Shown piece by piece: positions 37,520 through 51,659 of a stretch of 64,000 bases of DNA. The notes below the pieces were generated by a model. It made no database searches, was not told the DNA's origin, and was given only the letters and a program-made list of their open reading frames with translations. The position numbers and the translations under genes were made by a program. The DNA is taken from contig NW_021833722.1 of NCBI RefSeq assembly GCF_006345805.1, positions 1 to 64,000 of the forward strand, in the 5' to 3' direction. The stretch's first letter is position 1; the number at the start of each line of letters is the position of its first letter. Source of the stretch: Octopus sinensis (taxonomy: Eukaryota).

Positions 37520-37823
37520 GTGTGTGCGGCTGTGAGAGGAAATCGTCGAATTACCATCCGCGAGTTATCAGAGGATTGTGTCGTGAAGGATGAAAACTTT
37601 GCGTAGGTCTCTGAGCAGGTATCGTCAGGCTTTTGGCAAAATCTGATGCAGATTCTCGAGTCATGGTTAATGCGACGATCACATGCTATACATGTTCCTT
37701 CCAGGCACTGCTGTAAACAGCGGAAGTGAGCTAGAACGTTAAAAATCTGTGACAAGCAGTTTCACTCTACGTACTTTAGCTTCGTTAATATGGTAACATT
37801 CCGGATACTTATTGATCAGACCA

Positions 37824-37827
<4 letters not shown>
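37520..37827 (-). mobile_element. Mariner transposon 5' relic with an internal inversion
   Basis: TIR-like tacgtggtctgatcaataagtatccgga and SRICIRFCQKPDDTCSETYAKF on the minus strand; VCAAVRGNRRITIRELSED (second HTH) on the plus strand at 37520-37579. Confidence 0.75.
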
Positions 37828-37918
<91 letters not shown>

Positions 37919-38768
37919 GCATATATATACATATATGTATATATATACACACAGACGCATAGACGCACACACACAGTCACACACAAAGTCACACACATAT
38001 ATACATATACAAATAAACATATATATATACATACATAGATATATGTGTGTATATATGTATATGTATATATATATATACACACAGAGGCATAGTCACATAG
38101 ACACACACACTTACACAGTAATACACACGCATATATACTCTCGTGCGTATGTGTATTTAATTGGCAATACAGATAAGTATATATTAAAGTGATTCTGGGC
38201 ATTTCCCCCTCCCTCTCCTTTTATCTGCCTATTTGTCTGTTTGTCTCAGTATAAACATGTGTATATACATCGGTATATGTATATGTATGAATACGTATAT
38301 ATATTTATATATGAATGTATATGTGTACTTATGTGTATACACACACACACACACATACACGCGCAGAAACACATACACACAAATATACAGACAGATATAT
38401 GTAGAGAGAGAGAGAGAGAGAGTGAGAAAGAAAGAGAGGCAATCAGATAGACAAACAAACAAAAAAAAACAGAGAATGAGCGAGAGAGAGAAGAGGGGGC
38501 GAGAGAGCGAGAAAGAGAGAGAATTTGTGTATACTTGGAATTTGTGTATACTTGGAGCGTTTTAAATTTATCTGTATTGAGAATATTATTTCTCCTCAAG
38601 GTGTTAATTACATTAAACTAGACGTATTCGCAATTAAGAAGATAACGAAAAACTCAAAATTTCCGGAACAAATATTTTCCCGACATCATTTACATACTGC
38701 ACACTCATGCACACAAGCATACATATGTACAAGCACTAATACACACATATACATATCCATATACGCGC

Positions 38769-38858
<90 letters not shown>

Positions 38859-39903
38859 TGCATGTATGTATGTTGTATAAAAACATTTTCTGCTCAGACA
38901 CTAGTGTTATCATTACATCCTTTTCTTATTCTTGTGTTCTCTTCATCCCATTCTCTAAGTCTCACCTATTTGCTTTCCGATGTTGGTGTCTTATCTCCAG
39001 TGTACTTATTGCATAACAACCCTCTACAATAATCGTTGATTCTCACTAATTATGCAGTTTTATCTAAGGTGTCGAAACTATTGTTATCCATAGCAAAACA
39101 GCTAACGAGGGCTAAATTTTCGTTTAGTTTCTTCGTTTGTAACACTTGTCATGTGTTTATATGGCGTACACCCTTTCATGACCCCCAACAAGTACATTTA
39201 TTTTTTTTAATCGGCAGAAAGTTTCAAAAGTCATTCACAGGTCGAGAGTTTCGTGCGCTGGGGATTGTCCAACTGGTGTCATTTAGGGTTTGAAGCACGA
39301 TGTACCTCATATTTATCGCAGATCAAACAATTGCTTGGAGGCTCGTCTCGTTTTCATTCATCTTAGGGTTCTGGAGCAGTGCAATAATTTATTGAGTTGT
39401 TGGACTATAATGTGATGTATTAAATCTAATCGTTTATAGTTTATAGTCTTACTAAACAGTCATCAAATCTCGAATATGTTTTCTCTATTAGATTTTCAAC
39501 GATGCGCAGCACCTCGTGGTATATTTGTTTATGTTGACAACCAAGTGGATAGGCACATATAAGAATGAAGTGCTATCAACTAAAAACTATGGTTGCAGAA
39601 CAAAACTAGTGATTGGATATGGTCGTTGACAATCCAACAAATTCCCGGTCCAGTGATGATTGATCGAGAAAATATCGAAACTAACATTCCAGACAAACAA
39701 ACAAACAAACAAAGGCAATCAGCAATAAATACATTTCTAAATTTAATTCAAATATTTAACAGAAATACAATGGAGCTTTTCATGCCAGTCTAATTTTTAT
39801 CAGCAAAAATTTAAATCATCAATAATATCCATAACAATACCGAAACCTCAAAATAAAAAAAAAACATGGAAGTTGATACTTGTATATATACATACATAGA
39901 CAT

Positions 39904-39938
<35 letters not shown>

Positions 39939-40341
39939 CACACGCGCACGCACATACACACACATACACACATACACACACAAAATATACGCGACGCGCA
40001 CACTGGTATAGGGAGGAGAGAGGGAGGGAAGAAGAGAGGGAGGGAGGGAGAGAGAGACGAATACATGTAGAAAAGATATATTAGTTATTTTCGTGTCGAT
40101 ATGATCAGGCGTTTCACAGAACTGGCCAATATATTTCGCAGACAACTTGAGTATCTACGATCATAATTCCTGTAACTCGAAAATTATCAGCAGATGATTT
40201 ATGGCGTTTCATTTTCCAATTCCTCTAAAACAATGATTATAATAATGCATACATACATTCATACATATATACACACATGTATATATATATATATATATAT
40301 ATTATATAAGCGAGAAGAAGCAACAAGAATGGATAGGTTTT

Positions 40342-40412
<71 letters not shown>

Positions 40413-40451
40413 GTCTGTGTGTATTTATATGTATGTATATATATATATGTA

Positions 40452-40529
<78 letters not shown>

Positions 40530-40568
40530 GTCTGTGTGTATTTATATGTATGTATATATATATATGTA

Positions 40569-40630
<62 letters not shown>

Positions 40631-40659
40631 CATTATTTATATTATATACATTTGACGGA

Positions 40660-40778
40660 TATTTGTCCTCATCTTGTTTGTTGTTAACACAATATTTCGG
40701 CTGATATACCCTCCAGCCTTCATCAGGTGTCTTCGGGAAATTTCGAAACTAGGTTCTCATTCCTAAGGTATTTTTCGA

Positions 40779-40790
<12 letters not shown>
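40660..40790 (-). mobile_element. PLE-like terminal repeat fragment next to (TTA)n
   Basis: Contains the hammerhead at 40686-40731. Confidence 0.6.
40686..40731 (-). ncRNA. Minimal type-I hammerhead ribozyme motif, canonical core
   Basis: GACAC-CUGAUGA-A-GGCUG-GAGGGUAUAU-CAGCC-GAAA-U-AUU-GUGUU. 5-bp stem I, 5-6-bp stem II, palindromic stem III AAUAUU, NUH triplet AUU. Confidence 0.75.
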
Positions 40791-40876
<86 letters not shown>

Positions 40877-40959
40877 TCAGGTCACACTCACACACTCGCG
40901 CGCACGCACACACATACATACACATACATTCATGCATATATATGCGTGTGTGTGTTTCT

Positions 40960-41160
40960 GTGTCTCTGTTTGACCCTCCACCGCTTGACAACTGGTGTCG
41001 TGGCTTGCATGCATTTCCGTTTTGTAGCGACTCAGTAAAAGAGACCGATAGCATAAATACCAGATTCTAAAAATAAGTACTGGCGACGATTTGTATAGCT
41101 CATTCCTACAAGATGATGGCCTAGAATGGCCGCGATCGAATGATTGGAACAAGTGAAAGA
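40960..41160 (+). mobile_element. Decayed SINE family A, 3' half
   Basis: ccgcttgacaactggtgtc...aaagagaccgatagcataaatacc. Confidence 0.7.
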
Positions 41161-41922
41161 TATGTGTATATATATATCGGCAATGTTGGCCAATCTGCTA
41201 TAAATGGTTTCACATTGTTTCTTTTGAAAAGCGTTTGAGAGGAAAAGTTGAAGCTATGTTTATTTTTACATTCATACTACATGGTGGGTTGAAGCACATT
41301 ATATTCCTCTTTCTGGGTACTTGCTCATGTCTAACATTCCAGTAAGAACGGAATGATTGTACTTACGCGTGAAACTGCATGTGAGGGGTTATGGAGAGAA
41401 TAAGCTTTTCACAAATAGATAAACTCTTATAATGAGAGTTCTTTTTCTCCTTTGTATTTCTAAACGTAAACGTTAATGCATAGAATTATGCATAAATGTA
41501 TGAACTTCCGCCTGCTAAAGTGAATGTTACCATGCTAACAATTATCCTTGTGAAATAACTTAATAAATCACCTACAGTGTCTGCGTGTCTTTAAATTATT
41601 GAGAATAGAGGGAAATATAAGGCAACAAATGACCGATTGATCAATGAAATCATGACAGATAAAGAAATACAAGTTTTGTCAAAGAAAGAAAACTCAAGAT
41701 TGTTTTGCAGGCTTTGGTTTTGGTTTACCATTCTGTGTAAAATGTTTTTTTTTTGGTGGGGTTTCTTTTCCTCATGCTCTTACCTGTCAGTCATAATTTT
41801 GTTTATCATCGAAAAATGTGTTTCTTGAAAATTTATGAATGTGCACGCGCTTGCAACCACACACTTTCCCTGCACACGCACACTCTCTGTTTTACAGATC
41901 CAAATGCACAAAAATGTTTATG

Positions 41923-41962
<40 letters not shown>

Positions 41963-41964
41963 CG

Positions 41965-42115
41965 TACATACGACGGGCTTCTTTCAGTTTACGTCATCCA
42001 AATCCACTCACAAAGCTTTAGTCGAACCGAAGCTATTGTAGATGCTCGCCCAAGGTGTCCCGCAGTGGGACTGAACCCGTGTCCATGTTGTTGGGAAGCA
42101 AGTTTCCCACTACAC
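41965..42115 (-). mobile_element. SINE family A, 5' half
   Basis: cgacgggcttctttcagttt...gcagtgggactgaaccc. Confidence 0.8.
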
Positions 42116-42598
42116 TGTCACAAAAGCATAGACAAACATTAAAGACGTTTTACAACTTAAAGCCATTCTCCCTGCGCAAAGCAATTCTAACCACGGCTTA
42201 CATTCTACGCAAAACAGCTTCATTTCATCAGCACGGTCTATGCTGTCCATCTTCTATTCAGTCAGCCCCCAAAACTACAACACAATCTCCGTCGCACATG
42301 CTGAATATAATCACTGCCCAACAATAACACAGCTCATAGCATTTTCGACACAATTGCTGGCCAATAAACACAACTTGCTGTATGTATGTCATAAACACAT
42401 CCTCCATATACCCTACACAATCACCAGCCAGTATGTATAACATCATTCATAGAGCACATAGTCTACACAATTATTAATTAATAAAAAAAAAGTTAGATCC
42501 AACGGCAGCGCCTTTGCGTAGACGTCCAACTTGGTAGAAGCAGCAGCCAAGTTTCCCTCAATTCCCAATTTATCTTAAAATTTATGATAGAAAATATA

Positions 42599-42812
42599 TA
42601 TTGCCCACAGGGGGTTAGACATAGAGGGAACAAACAAGGACAGACACATGGGTTGCGTTAAGCCCAGTGCGTAACTGGTACTTATTTAATCGACCCCGAA
42701 TGGATGAAAGACAAAGTCGACCTCGGTGGAATTTGAACTCAGAACGTAACGGCAGACGAAATACCACTCAGCATTTCGCCCGGCGTGCTAACGATTCTGC
42801 CAGCTCGCCGCC
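42599..42812 (-). mobile_element. SINE family B, full length with 18-bp TSD
   Basis: TSD tttatgatagaaaatata at 42581-42598 and 42813-42830. Confidence 0.92.
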
Positions 42813-43831
42813 TTTATGATAGAAAATATAGCCCCTGACATCCAAGAAAACGGAATGTTGGCGGCTGAAATGTCTTTCGTTACAGACCTCCTCGATATGG
42901 CTGAGCTGAGGCTGAATGATAACAACGCGACAGAATTTTCATTAGAACCAGTTTAAGATGAGTTTCCATTCTCTCAACGACAAATCACAAACTAAACATA
43001 ATATACAAAACAACTGACAAAGCATCAGAACAAGCTGTACAAGGGACACACTCCTACGTCCGTAACACGCTTTATACAGCTCCAGCAAAATACTGAGAAA
43101 CTCCCGGTTCGTTGCTGCAGCTGGTTTCAACATAATCTCTTTCAAAACGTGAAATAATCCCTTCCAAACATCCATACACATACAGAACACCTCAGGCATT
43201 CAAACAAGATCCGAAAAGTCAGTGTCTCTCCTTATTCATTGCAGATAATCCCTAAAGATTATCTATGAAATACGAACTGCTCGAAATGCCAATTGTCTCA
43301 CTGGCACCAAACAGATTGTGACGTACACCAACAACAACAACACGAGGATGGGAACAGCAAGAGAGAGAGAGAGAAAGAGAGAGAGGGTGAAAGAAGGAGA
43401 GAGAGAAAAAAATGAGAGAGAGAGAGAAAAGAGAGAAAGAGAGAGAGAAAGTGAGGGAGAACAATATGTACACATTATCACAGTGTATTCCATACGATTC
43501 ATAACTGTATGTCCTTATGTACTGTATGGGGGTCAACTAGAAGAAGGCATGGCAAAGGTTGAGCCGTGTGTCTCACCTCGTTGTATGAATAATGAATTTA
43601 ATTTGATGTAAAACAGTCAATATGGTGGAATATTCAAAAGCATTCCTCCTCACTAAAATACTGCAGACACCTCAGGAAAGACACAAACACGCTGATGGGG
43701 GATCGATGACATTGATCCAATGCCCGGTCCGTTTCTAGTTTTTATCGACCACAAAACGCTGAAAGCAAAATTGATAATGATAAATCTCTTACAATGGTAA
43801 CCATCGACGAATTTAGGCCGCGTTAAGAATT

Positions 43832-44395
43832 GGGCGCTGGCGTGGCTGTGTGGTAAGACGTTTGCTTCCCAACCACATGGTTCTGGGTTCAGTCCCACTG
43901 TGTGCACCTTGGGCAAATGTCTTCTACTATAGCCACGGACGACCAAGGACTTGTGAGTGGATTTGGAAGACGGAAACTAAGAAAGAACTTAGTTAGTCTA
44001 TATATATATATATATATATATATTATGATATATATATATATATATTGATATAATATATAATATATATATAGATATATTATATATATATATAGATATATTT
44101 TTTATTTATGTATGTATGTATGGATGTATTGTGTATGTATGTAGGTATGTAATGTGTGTATGTGTGGTGTGGGGGGGTGTTGTTTGTATGTGTGTGTGTC
44201 TGCGTCTGTTCCCCACTACCGTTTCACAACCGGTATTGGTGCGTTTACGTCCTTGTAACTTAGCGGTTCGGCAAAAAACACCGATAGAATAAATACCAGA
44301 CCTCCAAAAAGGTTCTGGAGTCGATTCATTTAACAAAAATTCTTCAAGGCGGTGTTGCAGTATGGCCGCAATATAATGACTGAAAGAAGCGAAAT
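43832..44395 (+). mobile_element. SINE family A, full length with expanded central microsatellite
   Basis: Head ggcgtggctgtgtggtaag...gggttcagtcccactg; ~190 bp of TA/TG repeats; then the 3' half. Confidence 0.85.
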
Positions 44396-44925
44396 ATAAT
44401 GATGGCAGATAAAAGATAGAAGGTGTCTTAGAGGCCCCAGAATGGTGAAAAAAAAAAGGACTTCGGTGGCAGCGACGAAATGCTGAATAAAATATGGCGT
44501 CAGGCTGAAATTTGGGACAGTGGATTACTTCATACAAGCGATCTCAGTGCCGTGTTTTATCGGTCCCGATTTGACGAAAGGCAAGGTTAAACTCGGCGGA
44601 ATTTGAATTGAGAACATGAAGAGTTGGAAAAAAATACCGCAAAACATTTTGTTCGACGCACTTACGGTTCTGCCAATCCATCAATTAGGAATGAAAATAG
44701 TAAGAAAAGAAGAATAAAAAGAAGAGAAGAGAAAGCAAATGAGGAAAAAGAGAAAAAGAGCAAGATTGGGAGAAAGAAGTTGGAGTTGGAGGCGGGGGCA
44801 GAGGCGGAGTGTAAAAGACATTCTTCATTTTGATGAAGTTGGAAGAGAAGAATTATCAACGAACAAATCTTTAGAAGTCTTTTCTGAGATGAAAAGAAGC
44901 GTTTGTTTGTTTGTGTGTGTGTGTG

Positions 44926-44969
<44 letters not shown>

Positions 44970-45244
44970 GTGCGCGCGTCTGTGTGTGTATGATGTGTGC
45001 ATTAGGAAGAGATGTATATAAAGAGTACATATGGTGTGTCTGTGTGCGTATATATATGCGAGTATGTATGTATATAAACATATATGTATGTGTGTGCGTG
45101 CGTATGTATATGTCTGCATGTCAGTGTGTCTATATATATCATAAAGGAGATGTATGTCTCAGTGTGTGTATATATATACACATACACATACACACATATA
45201 TATACACACACAAACACACACACACGCACATAGATATATATAAA

Positions 45245-45279
<35 letters not shown>

Positions 45280-46741
45280 GTATATAGCGTGATGTAGTGT
45301 TAGTGAAGATAAAGACATAGATACACAGCTAGATATTAATTAACTGTGAAATTATTTTTATCTTTTACAAACGAGGAATTGTATCTTTGATGGAGTTGCA
45401 AGAAAACAAAAGAAATTTTTTTATTCATTCGATATTTTCAACTTTGTGATAATGAAGAACTTTGTCAAGCTGCTGCTGTTGGTGATGACAATGACGACGG
45501 CAGTTTCAATGATGATGATGATGATGATGATGACGACGATGACTACGATAATGATAATGATGATGATGCCATTAATTATAGCAAACCTGAAGAAGAAAGA
45601 GAGATGGCTGTGATGTTAGTTCTGTTTATGGAAATGTTGTTGCTGTTGCTGTTGTTGTTGTTGTTGTTGTTGTTGTTGTGTCCATAAGTTTATTCCGTTG
45701 GCGCAGATTTATGATCAAGGGCAATCCAGTCGTGGCCAATTCGAGCAGTTGTTCAATCAACGAAACAATCTATTCTTTGCATTTCAGTGTAAGTGGCCCT
45801 CGAAGTCACGAAGTCGTACCAAGCTCGGTGCCCCACGCGATCTTCTTAACCTTTCGACTTGCAAACTGAACTATCCAATGAGTTTTTCCTTATCTTAAGA
45901 CTGTAGGAGTGTCATTTAAGGGTGCTTTCGTTTTTGTTTTTTTCTGGTAAGTTGAGCGAGTATGTGGAGGCTGTCTTTTTGGCTCGTTTTTGATAACAGC
46001 AGATGTAGATACCATGAAGATACCATTTTGATTTCTATGATAGACATGAAGATACCATTTTGGGGCTGGTGGTAGTGGTATGGGATGGATAAGGGTCTGA
46101 TGCAGATGTTAATGTTATGGTTACGGACGAGGATGTAGCAAACTGGCAGAAGCAACGCTGTACTAATGACAATTGGAAGAGATGACCGTTGGTGGCCGAT
46201 GTCTGATGAGTTTGGCAAACCATCACAAAATAGTTCTCAGAATAGATATCTTCAACTAATGGTTAAGTAAACAGATAGAACTAGATTACAGAGAGGTCGG
46301 TAGACACTGGCAATTTTTAGTGGAGCATTCGCCTAAAAAGTATTGGTTTGGTCTGCAGATAAGAGATTGAGTCCATGGCTTTTGTGGTTCACTCTCTACG
46401 AAACAAATCGCTGGAATTAACGTTGCTTTCGAACAGTTGCAAGACGAAAGTTACAGGAAACTTGTGCAGGGAGGAAATTCTGAGAAAACAGATATTCCAA
46501 GTTGGTAGGAAAGAATACAATGGCTAATACGGTTTTTCACTCGTGCTTCAAAGTTAAACAGTTCTTGTCTGATGATACGCTTTTCAGTCGAATCGATCAA
46601 TAAAACGCAGAGATAAATTTTATGAATAAATTATGTAATTCTGCATTTTACGATGTAAAAGGCAGAATTTTACTGCATTTTACCACAGAATTTTATCACT
46701 GAAAGTGGTCTTTCCTTTTTAACAAAAAGTACACAGACACA

Positions 46742-46776
<35 letters not shown>

Positions 46777-46947
46777 CACACACACACACACACACGTAAT
46801 GTGTGGGTTTAGTTCTTGTGGCTATTGCTTGTGAAAGCTAGGATTGTAATCTGAAGTAGAGATGCATAAAGAACTATATACACACACACGTGTGTGTGCT
46901 TGTGTGTGTGTGTTGTGTAATATTTCAGTAGCATAGAGAAACGCAGT

Positions 46948-47148
46948 AAGTACTCTTTTCTACTCTAGACATAAGGCCCGAAATTTTAACCTCAGTATGC
47001 AGCTGATACTTAATTGCTCGGCCCCTCCCGAAAGGATGAAAGGCGAAGTCGGACTCGGTGGAATTTAAATTCAGAACGTAGCGGCAGACGAAATGCCGCT
47101 CAGCATTTCGCCCGGCGTGCTAACGTTTCTGCCAGCTCGCCACTTTGA
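46948..47148 (-). mobile_element. SINE family B with 11-bp TSD
   Basis: agaaacgcagt at 46937-46947 and 47149-47159. Confidence 0.85.
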
Positions 47149-47234
47149 AGAAACGCAGTCTTGTGACGGATTGTAATGTTGAGAAAGATTAAGAAAAAGA
47201 AAAAGAAAAAAAAAGAAAAAAAATTACACCAGAT

Positions 47235-47450
47235 GTGTTTGTCCTCCTAACATCGCTTGACAACCGATGCTGGTGTGTTTATGTCCCCGTTACTTAGCGG
47301 TTCGGCAAAAGAGACCGATAGAATAAGTACTGGGCTTACAAAAGAATAAGTCTCGGGGTGGAGTTGCTCGATTAAAGGCGGTGCTCCAGCATGGCCGCAG
47401 TCAAATGACTGAAACAAGTAAAAAAAAAAAGAAAGAATAAAAGAATAGAT
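47235..47450 (+). mobile_element. SINE family A, 3' half
   Basis: Near-identical to the reverse complement of 34921-35110. Confidence 0.9.
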
Positions 47451-47956
47451 AAGAAGATACACAAACTACAACAACACTAATAACAACAAATCTACCGTGT
47501 TGTTAAAAAGAAAAAAAAACAGTTTTAGTTGTTGAATTAAAGAACAATAAGACTTGTTCCTGAAATTTCATCTTTGCGTTGTCAGGAAAGAAATACGGAA
47601 CAAAGAAGGAAAAAAATACAAGTTTTATATTTGTTTTTGTTGGTTTTATTTTGCTATGGTGAGTTTTTTTTTATAACCTCCCCCACCCCCTCCGTAAAGA
47701 CAAAGGAAAGTTCTAAACTATTTTGTTACGTATTAAGTTGGGGGCGGTGAAGAGCGGGTAGTGGTGGGGTAGAGTGCGGGTGGTGGTGGTGGTGGTGGTG
47801 GTGGAGTGTTGGGTGTTGGGGTGGACAAGGTATGGACGGGTTGCTAGAACTGTACTGCGAGAGTTTTAAATGTTTTTTCAGCCACATTAACAGCACCTTG
47901 TCCATTATCACATGTTCTCCTCCTCTTCACTATCGTCGTCGTCGTCATCATAACAC

Positions 47957-48012
<56 letters not shown>

Positions 48013-48048
48013 CATCACCATCATCACCATCATCATCATCATCATCAG

Positions 48049-48094
<46 letters not shown>

Positions 48095-48734
48095 TGTGTC
48101 AGTGGCTTAGTGTGAAAAAAACAACAACAAACAAACAAAAAATGTTACTACAAAGTTTAAAAACAATGGTTTTAAGTTCGAATACAGTGTGACGTAGCCT
48201 ACACATCCAGGGACTAGGAACATGATGACGATAAGGAGCCACACTGATCGGATTGTAAACTGAAATACTGTGAATATAAAAACTAAATGTTCAGTATAAT
48301 GAGGGTGGGGTGGGGAGGGAAGTCAGTCTTAAAATCCTTCTGGAATCAATGAAGTGAAAGGTACCTTTCGATTGGGTCGTTGGATCAACTGCACCCTTTC
48401 CCCAGAAATCTCCATGTTCTTGTGTCTATCATAGAAATCATTATTCCTGTTATCGCACTAAATACGCAACACGCTTTCGATTTTTAATTGGATTAAGTTA
48501 TGAACTTCATTAGCTGCAGCTGTTTCTGCTATTAGGTGCAGGCGACTCCTGATTGAACGCCTGACTAACACCTTAAAGCTTCACCGGAGCGTGAAATATG
48601 AATTGCAATTTTTAATCGTTTTTTCTTTTGTCATTTAATTTTCTCATTACGGTTCTATACTCGTCTGAAACACTTCTTTTTGAAATATAAGCATATTGAG
48701 TTCTACACCAGGTTATTTAGTCTCACATTGCGCA

Positions 48735-48789
<55 letters not shown>

Positions 48790-49594
48790 GAGAGAGAGAG
48801 AAAAGAACAATAACACATATATCTCTGTATGTGTTCTTTTTGTTGTGTGTATGTGTGTGTGTGTGTGTGTAAAATTACAGGCTTCGGAAACGCTCACAGA
48901 CACGCACACGTAAATATTCTATCGATGCCAGAGGGAAGATTTGCTCCTAGCGGAATTTGAACCCTGGCATAATCGTAAATCTGAACAGAGATCAATATAC
49001 CAGCAGGGTGCTACCATAATCCTTTGTGGCATGCTATTCAACCATTGTTAAACCTTCTGAACAGTTTCTCCTCTAACTCGTCTCATTTCTTGTTACTTTT
49101 CTTTACCATATTCTATCTATCGCCTCGCTTCTTTTCAACATTATTCCTTTCTCTCTCTCTCTCACTCTTTCTTTCTTTACACACATACAAACGCATACAT
49201 ATGGCATGTACATATATGAATTGATGCACGCAAGCAAACATGCATTTATCCATCTAAGTACACAGATCTCTTTTGTTCGATCAATTCAGCTGAAGTTAAA
49301 ATCACATTTTTCCGCCTTTCCATTGTTTTACCGAAACGCCGTAGGTTTCTTAGTACACGTCTGCTTTACGACGACACTCAGTTCAACTTCTGTTTTCTCC
49401 ACCATCTTTTCTTTTTTTTTTACCTTTCGTTCTACATTTCTTCCTTTTTTCGCATTTTTTGCATGCCACTGTCTTGAACGTCGTGCTTACAACATAGATA
49501 TAGACACAAATAAACACGTACTTACATAGTATGTATGCGTATATATATATATTTCGATTCGTTTCGTTTCGTTTCGTTTCTTCTTCTCCAAGTA

Positions 49595-49643
<49 letters not shown>

Positions 49644-49663
49644 TAAACACATAGTATGTATGC

Positions 49664-49704
<41 letters not shown>

Positions 49705-49740
49705 TACATACATACATACATACACACCACACACACACGC

Positions 49741-49775
<35 letters not shown>

Positions 49776-49804
49776 ATATTTATGTATAATCATTCGTCAT
49801 GATA

Positions 49805-49985
49805 GATCGCTAGCCACTAAACCTTTTCTATTTTCTCTCCCTGTTTATTTCTATGTTCCATTCTATCGAAGAGCATAGGCTCGAAACGTAAAAGACTTTG
49901 TCACTTCCCGAGTGTTAAACTAATACATCTGTTTGTTGTTTACACACCCGTCTTAGTCCTTTGTTTTTTTTGTAAATTCTCACTA
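49805..49985 (+). mobile_element. PLE-like non-autonomous repeat (same family as 30050-30245)
   Basis: gaagagcataggctcgaaacgtaaaagactt...gttaaactaatacatctg. Confidence 0.7.
49859..49894 (+). ncRNA. Minimal hammerhead-like motif, decayed core
   Basis: CAUU-CUAUCGA-A-GAGC-AUAG-GCUC-GAAA-C-GUA-AAAG; G5 and A6 altered. Confidence 0.4.
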
Positions 49986-50765
49986 CATATATATGCAATC
50001 ATGCCAGCATACTTGCATATACAAACACACGAAACTACCCATATTTAACCACGTACACATACACACACACACACACACACATACAGTTTCGACCTCGTCA
50101 TTCTCACTGAAAAACATTGGGTCCAATCGAGGCTAAGATATAAAAAATCAAAAAGAAAAAACAATAAAATAAATCGCTTCCCAGAGTGGGATCGAACCGG
50201 GTGCTTTCCGATTGACAAACTAACTTATTGACCACTCTGTTATGTCTGCATTTCTAGGTATGTTTGCGTTTCATACAGGCCAGCCAAAAACAGCGACGCA
50301 GTTTCTATTTCCAGTTAATGCCGACTGAGTTTACACAAACATCCATGTCAGAAGAGCAACTCTAACATAATTCTTAAATCATTTTCCCGCTAAAAATATT
50401 TGGATTTCTGCCACAAGAAAAAAAAAAACACAACTTTCCGGTTAATTCTTCAATTGTAATGGAAATTTTACTTCAGTGGTATAGCCAAAGCAAAAAAGGC
50501 GAAACACAAAGCGAAATCCGCCCCCCATCACCAAGAATGCAACAATCAAGGAAGCAAAGAACATTAAGAAGAGAAACAAAGGAATCAACAGAATAAATAA
50601 AAAAACGAATGACTTGTAACATTCTTTTGATCTGAGTGAATAGAAGTTCTAATTAGGTTGTCTTTGATTTTAATGAGAAAGAAAAATGAAAGTGAAAAAA
50701 GATATAATTACAAGAAACACTACGACACAGAGATAAAGATATATGTATGTAAATGTAACCTCCCC

Positions 50766-50871
<106 letters not shown>

Positions 50872-50933
50872 AGGGAAGGAGACACAAAGGAGACATTCAG
50901 AAGGATAAGTATATACACAGACAGTAGACAGAT

Positions 50934-51051
<118 letters not shown>

Positions 51052-51052
51052 A

Positions 51053-51084
<32 letters not shown>

Positions 51085-51659
51085 CAGGCACACTTGTAGT
51101 TTCAGTTGCTGAATTGCGGTCATGCTGAAGTGCCCCCTCTTTCGAGAGTTTTAATCTATCAGACCTGGACGGTATTATATAAACATAAACTTATCGATTT
51201 GATACACATCGATCATATTTTCATCGATCTGTTTCAAATAGTGAAGTTTTTCATATACGTAAGATGCGTGTGCCCGCAAAGCACTCTATAAGCCAGTTCT
51301 TATTGGTTAAGGCCGAGAGGACTGCAATACTATAATATAAACAAAAACTATTGAGTCCAAGTCTGTGGTCTTCAAGGGAGACAACTGCTCGAAGCTCGCT
51401 AAATCCGGCGGCCATGATTTGCGCTGGTGAGTGGAAAGCTTTGAGGAAGTTGGAAATTATTCAGAAGAAAACTGCTCCGATGCTACCAGTTGGACAATGA
51501 CGCTGACTTGCGGAGGGTGGATGTCACTAGTTGCTTTAAAATGCATAACTTTTCCGAAGTGAATGTATGAATTTCTCAACTAAAAATAGGAAACCACGTA
51601 AACTGCATCATCACGTATTTAACTTAAATTATCCTGAAGGACCATAAGATCTTCTCTCC

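Noticed and set aside
46197-46224. CTGATGA followed by a GTTTG/CAAAC hairpin
   Set aside because: No GAAA after the stem, so not a hammerhead.
45990-46250. 18-bp direct repeat catgaagataccattttg and a protein-like stretch
   Set aside because: Only two copies, stops in all frames; most likely a small local duplication.
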